Made by a program: the position numbers and the translations under genes. Below, piece after piece: positions 50,040 through 58,113 of a stretch of 60,035 bases of DNA. The stretch's first letter is position 1. The number at the start of each line of letters is the position of its first letter. The notes beneath the pieces were generated by a model. It searched no databases, was not told where the DNA came from, and worked only from the letters and a program-made list of their open reading frames with translations. The stretch spans positions 1 through 60,035 of the forward strand of contig JAVHPS010000466.1 in the NCBI GenBank assembly GCA_036170715.1, read 5' to 3'. The stretch comes from Rhodoferax sp. Lineage in GTDB: Bacteria; Pseudomonadota; Gammaproteobacteria; Burkholderiales; Burkholderiaceae_C.

Positions 50040-50063
50040 TTGGTGCCGCACCAAATCATTCTA
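50040..50063 (-). promoter_or_regulatory. Candidate TA promoter and operator
   Basis: Minus-strand -10 TAGAAT (50058-50063), then inverted repeat TTGGTGC-C-GCACCAA (50040-50054) over the predicted start site. Confidence 0.5.
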
Positions 50064-50102
50064 TTCGTATTTGGTTTCCGGGATTCTTTGTGCTGGTATT
50101 TT

Positions 50103-50157
50103 GCTACTTTAAATATAGCTATTAACCATTTAAATATATGGGCTATAGCCTGATTTT
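50103..50157 (+). repeat. Fixed-geometry dispersed element, copy 11 (supplies the nuclease stop codon)
   Basis: GCTACTTTAAATATAGC-20 nt-GGGCTA-TAGCCTGATTTT. Confidence 0.88.
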
Positions 50158-51567
50158 GCTAGAAAGATTCAACGCCACAAGCGTCGCCCCCGGTTTGCCT
50201 GGCGGCAGCAAATACTTGAGTGCCAGCCGGTAGCTGTCCAGGTCAAACGCCAGCACATCCGTGCGATTTTGCAGGGCATCGGCCAGTTCCTCGTCGCTGT
50301 GCACCGTGGCCAGATGACACCAGTGTTCAAACAGGTGCAAGTCGCTGCGGCCGGTGCGTGCGTTGTGCTCGCGCAGTCCCACCGGCCCGGCAAAGGGCCA
50401 AGCGCGCAGCTTGTCGGCAGCCAGCGCCATTTGCAGGCGCAGGTGGTGGCGCTCGGGCGCTTCTTGGCCGCAGCACACGCCCTGGCAGTGGCCGATCTGG
50501 TGCGCAAAACAGCGGCCTTTGCCAGACTCCAGCCCCAGCGCCTGCAGGCACAGGCTGTGTTGCTCGGCCAGCTCGCGCAGGTGGCTGAGCGCCTGGTTTT
50601 TGGAGCGGTACGGGCCATATAAATTAGCAAACTGCTGGGGTGACAGCTCGGCTCCGCGCACCAGCGTCAGCAACGGTCGGGCGTTGGGGTTGGCATCGAG
50701 CCGCCACGCGCACAAGCTGTTATTGCGCCGCAGCTGGCGGTTGTGCAGGGGCTGGTGTTGCTTGACCAGGCGCGCCTCGAGCAGCAGTGCCCCGAGTTCG
50801 CCGGCGGTCTCAATCCATTCGATACGGCGAATCTCTTGCGCAATGCGCAGCTCGCGTGGCTCGCGGCCTGCGGCAGAGAAGTGCGCCATGACACGGCTGC
50901 GCAGCTTGACGCTTTTGCCCACGTACAGCGGCAACACGCCCTCGCCGTAAAACAGGTACACGCCGGGGCTGTCGGGAATGTCGGCTACGTTGGTATCGAG
51001 TTGCGGTGGCAACGCGGCGCTGCCTTGCAACAGGGTTTGGGCGTGGCGTTGCAGCGTATCGGCCCCCAGCTCAGCTTGTGCCAGCGCAAGCCAGGCCTGC
51101 ATCACTTCGACATCACCCATGGCGCGGTGGCGGGCGTTGCTGGTCAGGTCGTGGCGTTGCATGATGGCATCCAAGCCATGGCTTTTGAACTGTGGGTACA
51201 GCAGCCGCGACAGGCGCACGGTACACAGGGTTTTGGCACGCAGTGTCACCTGCAGGCGGGCCAACTCGTGCAGCAAGAAACCGTGGTCAAAGCGCACGTT
51301 GTGCGCCACCAGCACCGCGCCCTCCAGCAGCGTCAGCAGCTGCGTGGCCACGTCGGCAAAGGGTGGGGCACTGGTCACCATGGCGTTGCTGATGCCAGTC
51401 AGGCGCTCAATAAAGCCGCTGATGGGCACGCCCGGGTTGACCAGTGTGCTCCAGCGTGCCACCTCGACACCGCCCTCGATGCGCACCGCGGCAATCTCGG
51501 TAATGCGGTCTTGCACCGGGTTGCCGCCGGTGGTTTCCAGGTCAAGCAGCAGGTAACAGGGCAGCAT
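50143..51567 (-). CDS. DEDDh (DnaQ-like) 3'-5' exonuclease fused to a GIY-YIG (UvrC/Cho-like) endonuclease
   Basis: DLETTG, AHNVRFD, HRAMGD; PGVYLFY...LYVGKS..LRSRV, and a Cys cluster. Confidence 0.9.
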   Translation of the reverse strand: MLPCYLLLDLETTGGNPVQDRITEIAAVRIEGGVEVARWSTLVNPGVPISGFIERLTGISNAMVTSAPPFADVATQLLTLLEGAVLVAHNVRFDHGFLLHELARLQVTLRAKTLCTVRLSRLLYPQFKSHGLDAIMQRHDLTSNARHRAMGDVEVMQAWLALAQAELGADTLQRHAQTLLQGSAALPPQLDTNVADIPDSPGVYLFYGEGVLPLYVGKSVKLRSRVMAHFSAAGREPRELRIAQEIRRIEWIETAGELGALLLEARLVKQHQPLHNRQLRRNNSLCAWRLDANPNARPLLTLVRGAELSPQQFANLYGPYRSKNQALSHLRELAEQHSLCLQALGLESGKGRCFAHQIGHCQGVCCGQEAPERHHLRLQMALAADKLRAWPFAGPVGLREHNARTGRSDLHLFEHWCHLATVHSDEELADALQNRTDVLAFDLDSYRLALKYLLPPGKPGATLVALNLSSKIRL

Positions 51568-51582
51568 GAGAAGCGTGTGGGT

Positions 51583-51637
51583 GGTTCAAAAAGAAGAGCG
51601 GTATGCCCATGTAATACAAGGGCTAGAAGCTCAAAAC
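51583..51637 (+). repeat. Fixed-geometry dispersed element, copy 12 (upstream of the nuclease gene)
   Basis: GGTTCAAAAAGAAGAGC-20 nt-GGGCTA-GAAGCTCAAAAC. Confidence 0.82.
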
Positions 51638-51748
51638 GTATAAAGGTATCAGCAAAACATCAGCGCCAGCCAGGCGGGCTCATCCATCACGTTCAAGAGC
51701 AGGTATGCGCCCACGCGATAAAACCAGAACTCAAGCTGAGCTTGCAGC

Positions 51749-52297
51749 TCAGGCGATGTCAAAGACGTGCGTTCCATAGTGACCCTGGCGGCGGTCGGCA
51801 AAAAAGCGTTTCAGGGTCTCACTCACGGTCTTGAAAGCGATCTCGTCCCAGGGAATATCGGCCTCAGAAAACAGCTGCGCTTGCAGGGTTTCAAAGCCGG
51901 GGTCAAATTGGTCGCTGAGCAGTTTGGCGTGGTAAAACAGATGCACCTGACCCACGCGCGGGATGTTCACCAGTGAAAAGAAACTGCCCATTTCAAACTG
52001 CGCCCCAGCTTCTTCCAGGGTTTCACGCGCAGCGCCCTCGGCCACGGTTTCGTTCAGTTCCATAAAGCCCGCCGGCAGCGTCCACTTGCCGTAACGTGGC
52101 TCAATGGCGCGTTTGCACAGCAGCACCTGGTCGCCCCACACCGGAATGGTGCCGACCACATTGAGCGGGTTTTCATAGTGGATGGTGTGGCACGCCGGGC
52201 ACACCGCGCGGGGTTTGGTGTCGCCGTCGTCGGGCACACGGTAAACCACGGCCTGGCCGCAGCTTTTGCAATGTTTGATGGGCGCGCGCTGGTACAT
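51749..52297 (-). CDS. NUDIX hydrolase with N-terminal zinc ribbon
   Basis: CKSCG...CPACH..HYENP and Nudix box GFMELNETVAEGAARETLEEAG. Confidence 0.92.
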   Translation of the reverse strand: MYQRAPIKHCKSCGQAVVYRVPDDGDTKPRAVCPACHTIHYENPLNVVGTIPVWGDQVLLCKRAIEPRYGKWTLPAGFMELNETVAEGAARETLEEAGAQFEMGSFFSLVNIPRVGQVHLFYHAKLLSDQFDPGFETLQAQLFSEADIPWDEIAFKTVSETLKRFFADRRQGHYGTHVFDIA

Positions 52298-52306
52298 CTG
52301 GCCGCC

Positions 52307-53002
52307 CTAGACCACGTGCAGCTCAATGCCGGCCAGGCCGCTGATGCTGCCGCTGAGCCGGTCGCCGGGTACCACCGCACCCACGCCCGCTGGGGTGCCG
52401 GTGTAGATCAGGTCACCGGGCTGCAGCGTCCAGGCGACAGAGAGCTGGGCAATGGTCTCGGAAATGTTCCAGATCAGTTGGCTGATGCTGCTGTGCTGAC
52501 GCGACTGGCCGTTCACATCCAAGTGAATGATGGCTTGTGAAATGTCGCCTGCTGCTGCCTTCGGCGTGATCGGTCCAATGGGAGCCGAGTGGTCAAAACC
52601 CTTGCCAATGCACCACGGGCGCCCCTGTGCCTTCATGTCGTTTTGCAGGTCGCGCCGGGTCATGTCCAAGCCCACGGCGTAGCCAAAAATATGGTCTTGT
52701 GCACTTTCTACGGCGATATTTTTCCCACCCGTGCCCACGGCCACCACCAGCTCCAGTTCATGGTGCAGGTTGTGGGTCAGGCTCGGGTAGGGCAGTGCGG
52801 TGCTGTGGCCGGGCGCTGCCACCAGCACCGCGTCGGCCGGCTTCATGAAGAAAAACGGTGGCTCGCGGCCGCTGTGACCCATCTCCTGGGCGTGCTCGGC
52901 ATAGTTGCGGCCCACGCAGTAAATGCGGTGCACCGGAAAGGGTGCGTCGCTGCCCATGACCGGCACGCACACCGGGGCAGCAGGAGGAAATGCAAAACGC
53001 AT
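52307..53002 (-). CDS. Fumarylacetoacetate hydrolase family protein
   Basis: CVGRNYAEHA, HHELEL, DMTRRDLQ, KGFD and GDLIYTGTPAGVG. Confidence 0.93.
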   Translation of the reverse strand: MRFAFPPAAPVCVPVMGSDAPFPVHRIYCVGRNYAEHAQEMGHSGREPPFFFMKPADAVLVAAPGHSTALPYPSLTHNLHHELELVVAVGTGGKNIAVESAQDHIFGYAVGLDMTRRDLQNDMKAQGRPWCIGKGFDHSAPIGPITPKAAAGDISQAIIHLDVNGQSRQHSSISQLIWNISETIAQLSVAWTLQPGDLIYTGTPAGVGAVVPGDRLSGSISGLAGIELHVV

Positions 53003-53005
53003 GAT

Positions 53006-53059
53006 GCTATGCTTTTTAAATGTGTAAATGAGTGTTTACAAGGGCTTCAGGCCGATTTT
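53006..53059 (+). repeat. Fixed-geometry dispersed element, copy 13 (degenerate, 1 bp short)
   Basis: GCTATGCTTTTTAAATG...TTTACAA-GGGCTT-CAGGCCGATTTT; the right arm of the first dyad is lost; overlaps the ABM stop. Confidence 0.55.
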
Positions 53060-53349
53060 GCTACAAGCTCAAAGTGTTCCACCACGGGCGGGCTGGCAAA
53101 GAACGGCCCCACGATGGCGCGCCACTGGGCAAATGCCGGGGAGCCTCGGAAGCCCACGGTGTGGTCTTGCAGCGTGGTCCAAAAAATTTGCAGCACGTAG
53201 CGCTCTGGTTTCTCAATGCCGTGGTTGAGCTTGTAGCCCTCAAAGCCCTTTGACTGGGCGATCACGCTTTGAATGCCATGCTGCACAGCGGCTTCAAACG
53301 CTGCCTGCTGGCCGCTCTGGATGGAAAAATCGGCTAGTTCAAGAATCAT
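53047..53349 (-). CDS. Antibiotic biosynthesis monooxygenase (ABM) family protein
   Basis: MILELADF..., GIEKPERYVLQIFW..LQDHTVGFRGS; GGAG SD. Confidence 0.85.
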   Translation of the reverse strand: MILELADFSIQSGQQAAFEAAVQHGIQSVIAQSKGFEGYKLNHGIEKPERYVLQIFWTTLQDHTVGFRGSPAFAQWRAIVGPFFASPPVVEHFELVAKSA

Positions 53350-53604
53350 TTCAATCTCCGCAGGGGGTAGGGGAAAAACCAACACCGAGTCTAGCGTTTT
53401 CAGGGCGCATCTTCGCTGGCTGGGGGTCTATTCAGAGTGACGTGGCATCTTGGTGTCACTTTGAACCCGGCGCGGCGACTGGGTCATGCGCATGCGGTTT
53501 TGGGAGCAAAACACGCGCGAAACGGAAGGATCAGTACGCCTGCGACTATTGGCGCGCGCCTTTGCCCCCAAAGCCCGGTCTTGGCCATGCGTTATGCTGG
53601 CGTG

Positions 53605-55332
53605 ATGACACACACCACTTTTATCCCTGGCAAAGATGCCGCCCTTGAAACCACCATTCAAACGCTGCAAGGCAAACTGCAAGCGCTGGGCTTTCACATT
53701 GAAGAGCGCAGCTGGCTCAACCCGGTGGACGGCATCTGGTCAGTCCACATCCGCGACCGCGACTGCCCCCTGCTGTTCACCAACGGCAAGGGTGCAACGC
53801 GCCTGGCTTGTCTGGCCAGCGCTTTGGGCGAATTTTTTGAGCGCTTGTCCACCCATTATTTCTGGACGCACTTTTACCTCGGCCCCGATGTGGCGCAGCG
53901 CAGCCACGTGCATTTTCCGCAAGAGCGCTGGTTTGCCGTGCCAGAAGATGAATCCTGGCCGGCCGAATTGCTCACACCGCAATTGCAAGCGTTCTACAAC
54001 CCCGAAGGCAGCATTGATGCCAGCAGCCTGGTGGACTTCAACTCGGGCGCGTCAGAGCGCGGCATCTGCGCCTTGCCCTATGTGCGCCAAAGCGACCAAC
54101 AAACGGTGTATTTCCCGGTCAACATCATTGGCAACCTGTATGTCAGCAACGGCATGTCAGCGGGCAACACGCTCATGGAGGCACGCACCCAGGCGCTGTC
54201 CGAGATTTTTGAGCGTTCCATCAAGGCGCGCATCATCAGCGAAGGCATTTGCCTGCCCGATGTGCCAGATGCCGTGATTGCCCGCTACCCGCGCATTGCC
54301 CGTGGCATTGCCGCGCTGCGCGAGGCCGGGTTTGGCATTTTGGTCAAAGATGCTTCACTGGGCGGGCAGTACCCGGTGATGAATGTCACCCTGCTCAACC
54401 CCATTGACCAGGGCTGCTTTGCCAGCTTTGGTGCGCACCCGCGCTTTGAAGTGGCGCTGGAGCGCGCCCTGACCGAGTTGCTGCAGGGCAGGGCGCTGGA
54501 TGCCTTGTCGGGCTTTCCCGCGCCTGGGTTTGATCTGGAAGAAACCGCCAGCTCGACCAACATTGAAATTCACTTTGTTGATTCCAGCGGTGTCATTCAC
54601 TGGAAGTTTTTGGGCGACGTGCCTGATTTTGAATTTGCCGACTGGAACTTTGCCACCACCACGGCAGATGACTACGCCTTTTGCCTGGAGCGCCTGCACC
54701 AGGACGGGCATCAGGTCTACATTGCAGACTTCAAGCAATTGGGCGTGTATGCCTGCCGCGTGCTGGTGCCCGGCCTGTCCGAAATCTACCCGGTGGACGA
54801 CCTGGAGTGGGAAAACAACAGCATCGCTAACCCGATCCGTGAGGCCATCCTGAACTTGACCGATCTGGACGATGAAGAATGTGCTGACTTGCTGGACACC
54901 TTGAACGACAGCAACCTGGCCGACCACCGCCCGGTGCCGGGGCTGATTGGCCTGGCTGCCGATGCCGGCTCGTTCTGGAGCGACCTGCGCCTGGGTGAAC
55001 TCAAAACCCTGCTGGCGCTGGCCGTGGGTGACGAGGCCGCCACGCTGGAGGGCTGCGAATGGATTTTGAACTTTGACCAGTGCAACCCCGAACGCAAACG
55101 CGTGTACGCCTGCATCCAGAACCTGATTCGCCTGGCAGACCTGGGCGACAGTGGCCCGTACCTGGACACGCTGGCGCTGCTGTACGGCGCGGGCCCGCTG
55201 GCGCAAGCCCATGCCTTGATCATGCAGGAAGACCGCTTCATGGGCTTGGGCGCGCCTGGCCTGGCACTGGACGGCTGCGACATGCACCACAAGCTGCTGG
55301 CCGCTTACGACAAGATTCATGCGTTTGCCTGA
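53605..55332 (+). CDS. ycaO: YcaO family protein (E. coli YcaO-type)
   Basis: TFIPGKDAALE start, FTNGKG, SALGEFFERL, SNGMSAGNT and ERALTELLQGR. Confidence 0.9.
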   Translation: MTHTTFIPGKDAALETTIQTLQGKLQALGFHIEERSWLNPVDGIWSVHIRDRDCPLLFTNGKGATRLACLASALGEFFERLSTHYFWTHFYLGPDVAQRSHVHFPQERWFAVPEDESWPAELLTPQLQAFYNPEGSIDASSLVDFNSGASERGICALPYVRQSDQQTVYFPVNIIGNLYVSNGMSAGNTLMEARTQALSEIFERSIKARIISEGICLPDVPDAVIARYPRIARGIAALREAGFGILVKDASLGGQYPVMNVTLLNPIDQGCFASFGAHPRFEVALERALTELLQGRALDALSGFPAPGFDLEETASSTNIEIHFVDSSGVIHWKFLGDVPDFEFADWNFATTTADDYAFCLERLHQDGHQVYIADFKQLGVYACRVLVPGLSEIYPVDDLEWENNSIANPIREAILNLTDLDDEECADLLDTLNDSNLADHRPVPGLIGLAADAGSFWSDLRLGELKTLLALAVGDEAATLEGCEWILNFDQCNPERKRVYACIQNLIRLADLGDSGPYLDTLALLYGAGPLAQAHALIMQEDRFMGLGAPGLALDGCDMHHKLLAAYDKIHAFA

Positions 55333-55388
55333 CACGCCCCGGCAACCGAGTCCACGTGGGCATTGAAGGCGCAAAGGGCAATACCCAA

Positions 55389-56168
55389 ATGCATCCCGAT
55401 TGGCTGCTGCCTGACTGGCCAGCTCCCTCTGGCGTGCAGGCGGTGTGCAGCACCCGCGTGGGTGGCGTGTCCGCTGCGCCGTACGACAGCTTCAACCTGG
55501 GCGACCACGTGGGAGACCAACCAGCGCATGTGGCCGCCAACCGTGCCCGTTGGGCGGGGGCGCTGGGTGTTCGCCCGGTGTTTCTGAACCAGGTGCATGG
55601 CTGCGAGGTGCTGCAACTTAAAACGGATACACCCGACGGCACGGTGGCCGATGCCTGCCTGAGCGATCAAGCTGGCGTGGCCTGCACCATCATGGTGGCG
55701 GACTGCTTGCCGGTGCTGTTGACCACCCGTGACGGGCGCGTGGTGGCGGCGGCACATGCCGGATGGCGTGGTTTGGCGGGGCAGGGTGGCGTTGGCATTT
55801 TGGAACAAACTTATAAGCGATTTAGTGCTCTAGCCCTTATTGATAAAGGGCAAGAAGCTACTGAAATAATAGCGTGGCTTGCCCCCTGCATTGGCCCCCA
55901 AGCGTTTGAGGTGGGTGCTGAAGTGCGTGCGGCGTTTGTGTCGGGTGATGCAAATGCAGCCAGCTGTTTCCAGCCACGGCCTGATGGCAAATGGCTGGCC
56001 GACCTGGCTGGCCTGGCACGCCAGCGCCTGCGTGCCATGGGCATCACCCAGCTGTATGGCAACGACAGCAGTGCGCCTTGGTGTACCGTGGGCAATGCGT
56101 CACGGTTCTTCTCGCACCGGCGCGACCGGGTCAGTGGTCGCTTTTGTGTCAGTATCTGGAAAACATGA
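55389..56168 (+). CDS. pgeF: Peptidoglycan editing factor PgeF (YfiH)
   Basis: PDWPAP, FNLGDHVGD, QVHG, ADCLPVL, HAGWRGL and FFSHRRD. Confidence 0.93.
   Translation: MHPDWLLPDWPAPSGVQAVCSTRVGGVSAAPYDSFNLGDHVGDQPAHVAANRARWAGALGVRPVFLNQVHGCEVLQLKTDTPDGTVADACLSDQAGVACTIMVADCLPVLLTTRDGRVVAAAHAGWRGLAGQGGVGILEQTYKRFSALALIDKGQEATEIIAWLAPCIGPQAFEVGAEVRAAFVSGDANAASCFQPRPDGKWLADLAGLARQRLRAMGITQLYGNDSSAPWCTVGNASRFFSHRRDRVSGRFCVSIWKT
55819..55873 (-). repeat. Fixed-geometry dispersed element, copy 14 (antisense, within pgeF)
   Basis: Minus strand: GCTATTATTTCAGTAGC-20 nt-GGGCTA-GAGCACTAAAT. Confidence 0.88.
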
Positions 56169-56214
56169 TTGGACTCTGCAGGCCGGTCATGTTGAAGCTG
56201 CCGACTGTTATTTT

Positions 56215-57510
56215 TTACAAAATGCCCATGCGCTTGGCCGCTTGCGTCAGTTCAGATCGGAAGTCCGGGTGCGCAATGCCGATCAGTTCACGTGCCCGCT
56301 GACCGGCAGATTTGCCGCGCAATTGCGCCACACCAAATTCGGTCACCACGTAGTTGATGTCATTTTTGCTGGTGCTGACATGAGTGCCGGGCGACAACAC
56401 CGGCACGATGCGTGAAATAGTGTCGGCCTTGGCGGTCGATGGCAGCACGATAAAGGCCTTGCCGCCCCTGGATAGATTGGCGGCACGCACAAAGTCAGCT
56501 TGCCCGCCAGTGCCTGAATACGGCAGATGCCCCAGGCTCTCCGAACCGCACTGACCCAATAAATCGATTTGCAAGGTGGCATTGATCGCCACCAGGTTGT
56601 CGTTTTGGCCAGCCAGGGTGGGCGTATTGGTGAAATCGACCGGGTGAATTTCAAGCGCCGGGTTGCGGTGCATAAACTGGTAGAGTTTGCTGGAGCCCAG
56701 CGCAAAAGTGGCCACCATCTTGCCCGGCAGGTAGTTCTTGCGCCGGTTGGTCACTGCGCCGCTTTCAAGCAGCGTCAGAATACCGTCACCAATCATTTCG
56801 GTATGGATACCCAGGTCGTGTTTGGCGGTGAGTTGCATGACCACCGCATCGGGGATGCCACCGTAGCCGATTTGCAGGGTGGAACCGTCGTCAATGCGCT
56901 CGGCCACGAATTTGCCAATCGCCTCTTGCACCGGACCGATGGTTGGCAAACCGACCTCCAGCACAGCATCGTTACTTTCAACCAAACCCGCCACCTGCGA
57001 AATGTGCACATGGCAGTTGCCATAGGCAAAAGGCACGTTGGGGTTGACTTCAAGCACCACGGCGCGGGCTTTGGCCACGGCCGCCATGGTGTAGTCGGCA
57101 CCCAGGCTAAGCGCAAAGTAGCCGTGCGCATCCATCGGACTGGCCATGCTGAAGACCACGTCTGCGGGCATCTGGCCGCGACCGATCAAACTTGGAATTT
57201 CGGAAAAATAGTTGGGAATGAAGTCGATCCAGCCGGCCTGCCCACCTGCGCGCGTCGCCGCACCGTAAAACAGCGCCACATGGCGCACATGGGCAACGGT
57301 TTCGGGGTCAATGTAGCCATACTTGCGAATGGCCAGAATCTGCGACACCTTGACATCCTGAAAATCGCGGCGCTGCTCGGACAAGGCCGTTAACAAGGTT
57401 GGGGGCTCCCCCACGCCGGTGGGGACGATGATCATGTCACCGTTATGAACCAGCCGCACGGCATCGGTGGCGGTCATTTTTTTCTGTGTATAGAGCTGCT
57501 GAACTGACAT
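56215..57510 (-). CDS. Acetyl-CoA hydrolase/transferase (4-hydroxybutyrate CoA-transferase-like)
   Basis: DGSTLQIGYGGIPDAV, LGIHTEM, SGTGGQADF, VTEFGVAQLRGK and IAHPDFR. Confidence 0.9.
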   Translation of the reverse strand: MSVQQLYTQKKMTATDAVRLVHNGDMIIVPTGVGEPPTLLTALSEQRRDFQDVKVSQILAIRKYGYIDPETVAHVRHVALFYGAATRAGGQAGWIDFIPNYFSEIPSLIGRGQMPADVVFSMASPMDAHGYFALSLGADYTMAAVAKARAVVLEVNPNVPFAYGNCHVHISQVAGLVESNDAVLEVGLPTIGPVQEAIGKFVAERIDDGSTLQIGYGGIPDAVVMQLTAKHDLGIHTEMIGDGILTLLESGAVTNRRKNYLPGKMVATFALGSSKLYQFMHRNPALEIHPVDFTNTPTLAGQNDNLVAINATLQIDLLGQCGSESLGHLPYSGTGGQADFVRAANLSRGGKAFIVLPSTAKADTISRIVPVLSPGTHVSTSKNDINYVVTEFGVAQLRGKSAGQRARELIGIAHPDFRSELTQAAKRMGIL

Positions 57511-57713
57511 ATGTATAAGACCTCAAAAAAACCACTGTACCAAGGGAAAACCCGCACCTTTCTTACAAAAGCACGATCGTGCGATGTTTCACCTTTGGCA
57601 CAACTCAAAATTGACCAAGGCTTTGCGCATGACAGCTGATGCTGTCGCGCTGGTGCAGGTCGTTCATGGTTGCAATGGTTTTTTGCAGGTACGTCATGGC
57701 TGTGGGCAACGTG

Positions 57714-58004
57714 TCAAGGTTCTTCTTGCACCGGCGCGACCTGGTCAGTGGGCACTTGGGGGGCAGTATCTGGCTGCGCCGTTGAACTTTGGGCGCGTGC
57801 CGCCGCCAGTTCAGCTTGCTCGCGCGCTTTGATGGCGCGGCGGCGGGCCGGTGCACCCATCAGGTACACCACCAGTCCGACCGGCAGCAAACCATACAAA
57901 ATGAACGTGATGCTGGCACCCAGCACCGTGCCGGTGGTGTTGGTGGCCTCAGCCACCGCCATCATGAGCGCCACATAAAGCCAGGCAATGGGAACGATGT
58001 ACAT
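57714..58004 (-). CDS. Small two-TM hypothetical protein divergent from phaC
   Basis: MYIVPIAWLYVALMMAVAEA...LYGLLPVGLVVYLMGAPARRR. Confidence 0.75.
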   Translation of the reverse strand: MYIVPIAWLYVALMMAVAEATNTTGTVLGASITFILYGLLPVGLVVYLMGAPARRRAIKAREQAELAAARAQSSTAQPDTAPQVPTDQVAPVQEEP

Positions 58005-58113
58005 GTGATTTCGTTGTATTCTTCGCGGACAGAGCGCCAATGTCAGGTTTTCGAAGGTGTTGGCACGGGATACTAGCGAAATCAAAAATGGATCACCAAA
58101 ACGAGGGGAAAGC

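Noticed and set aside
51649-51777. 42-codon minus-strand ORF between the NUDIX and nuclease genes
   Set aside because: Overlaps the NUDIX 3' end, has no clear SD and no recognisable family.
53471-53545. ZTP (pfl) riboswitch-like words GACTGG...GGGAGC...CGCCTG
   Set aside because: The GGCG needed to pair with CGCC is missing and the downstream gene is not a typical ZTP target.
46644-53600. Genomic island integrated at tRNA-Pro
   Set aside because: No integrase and no duplicated tRNA 3' end seen; the native terminator is intact and downstream genes look host-like.
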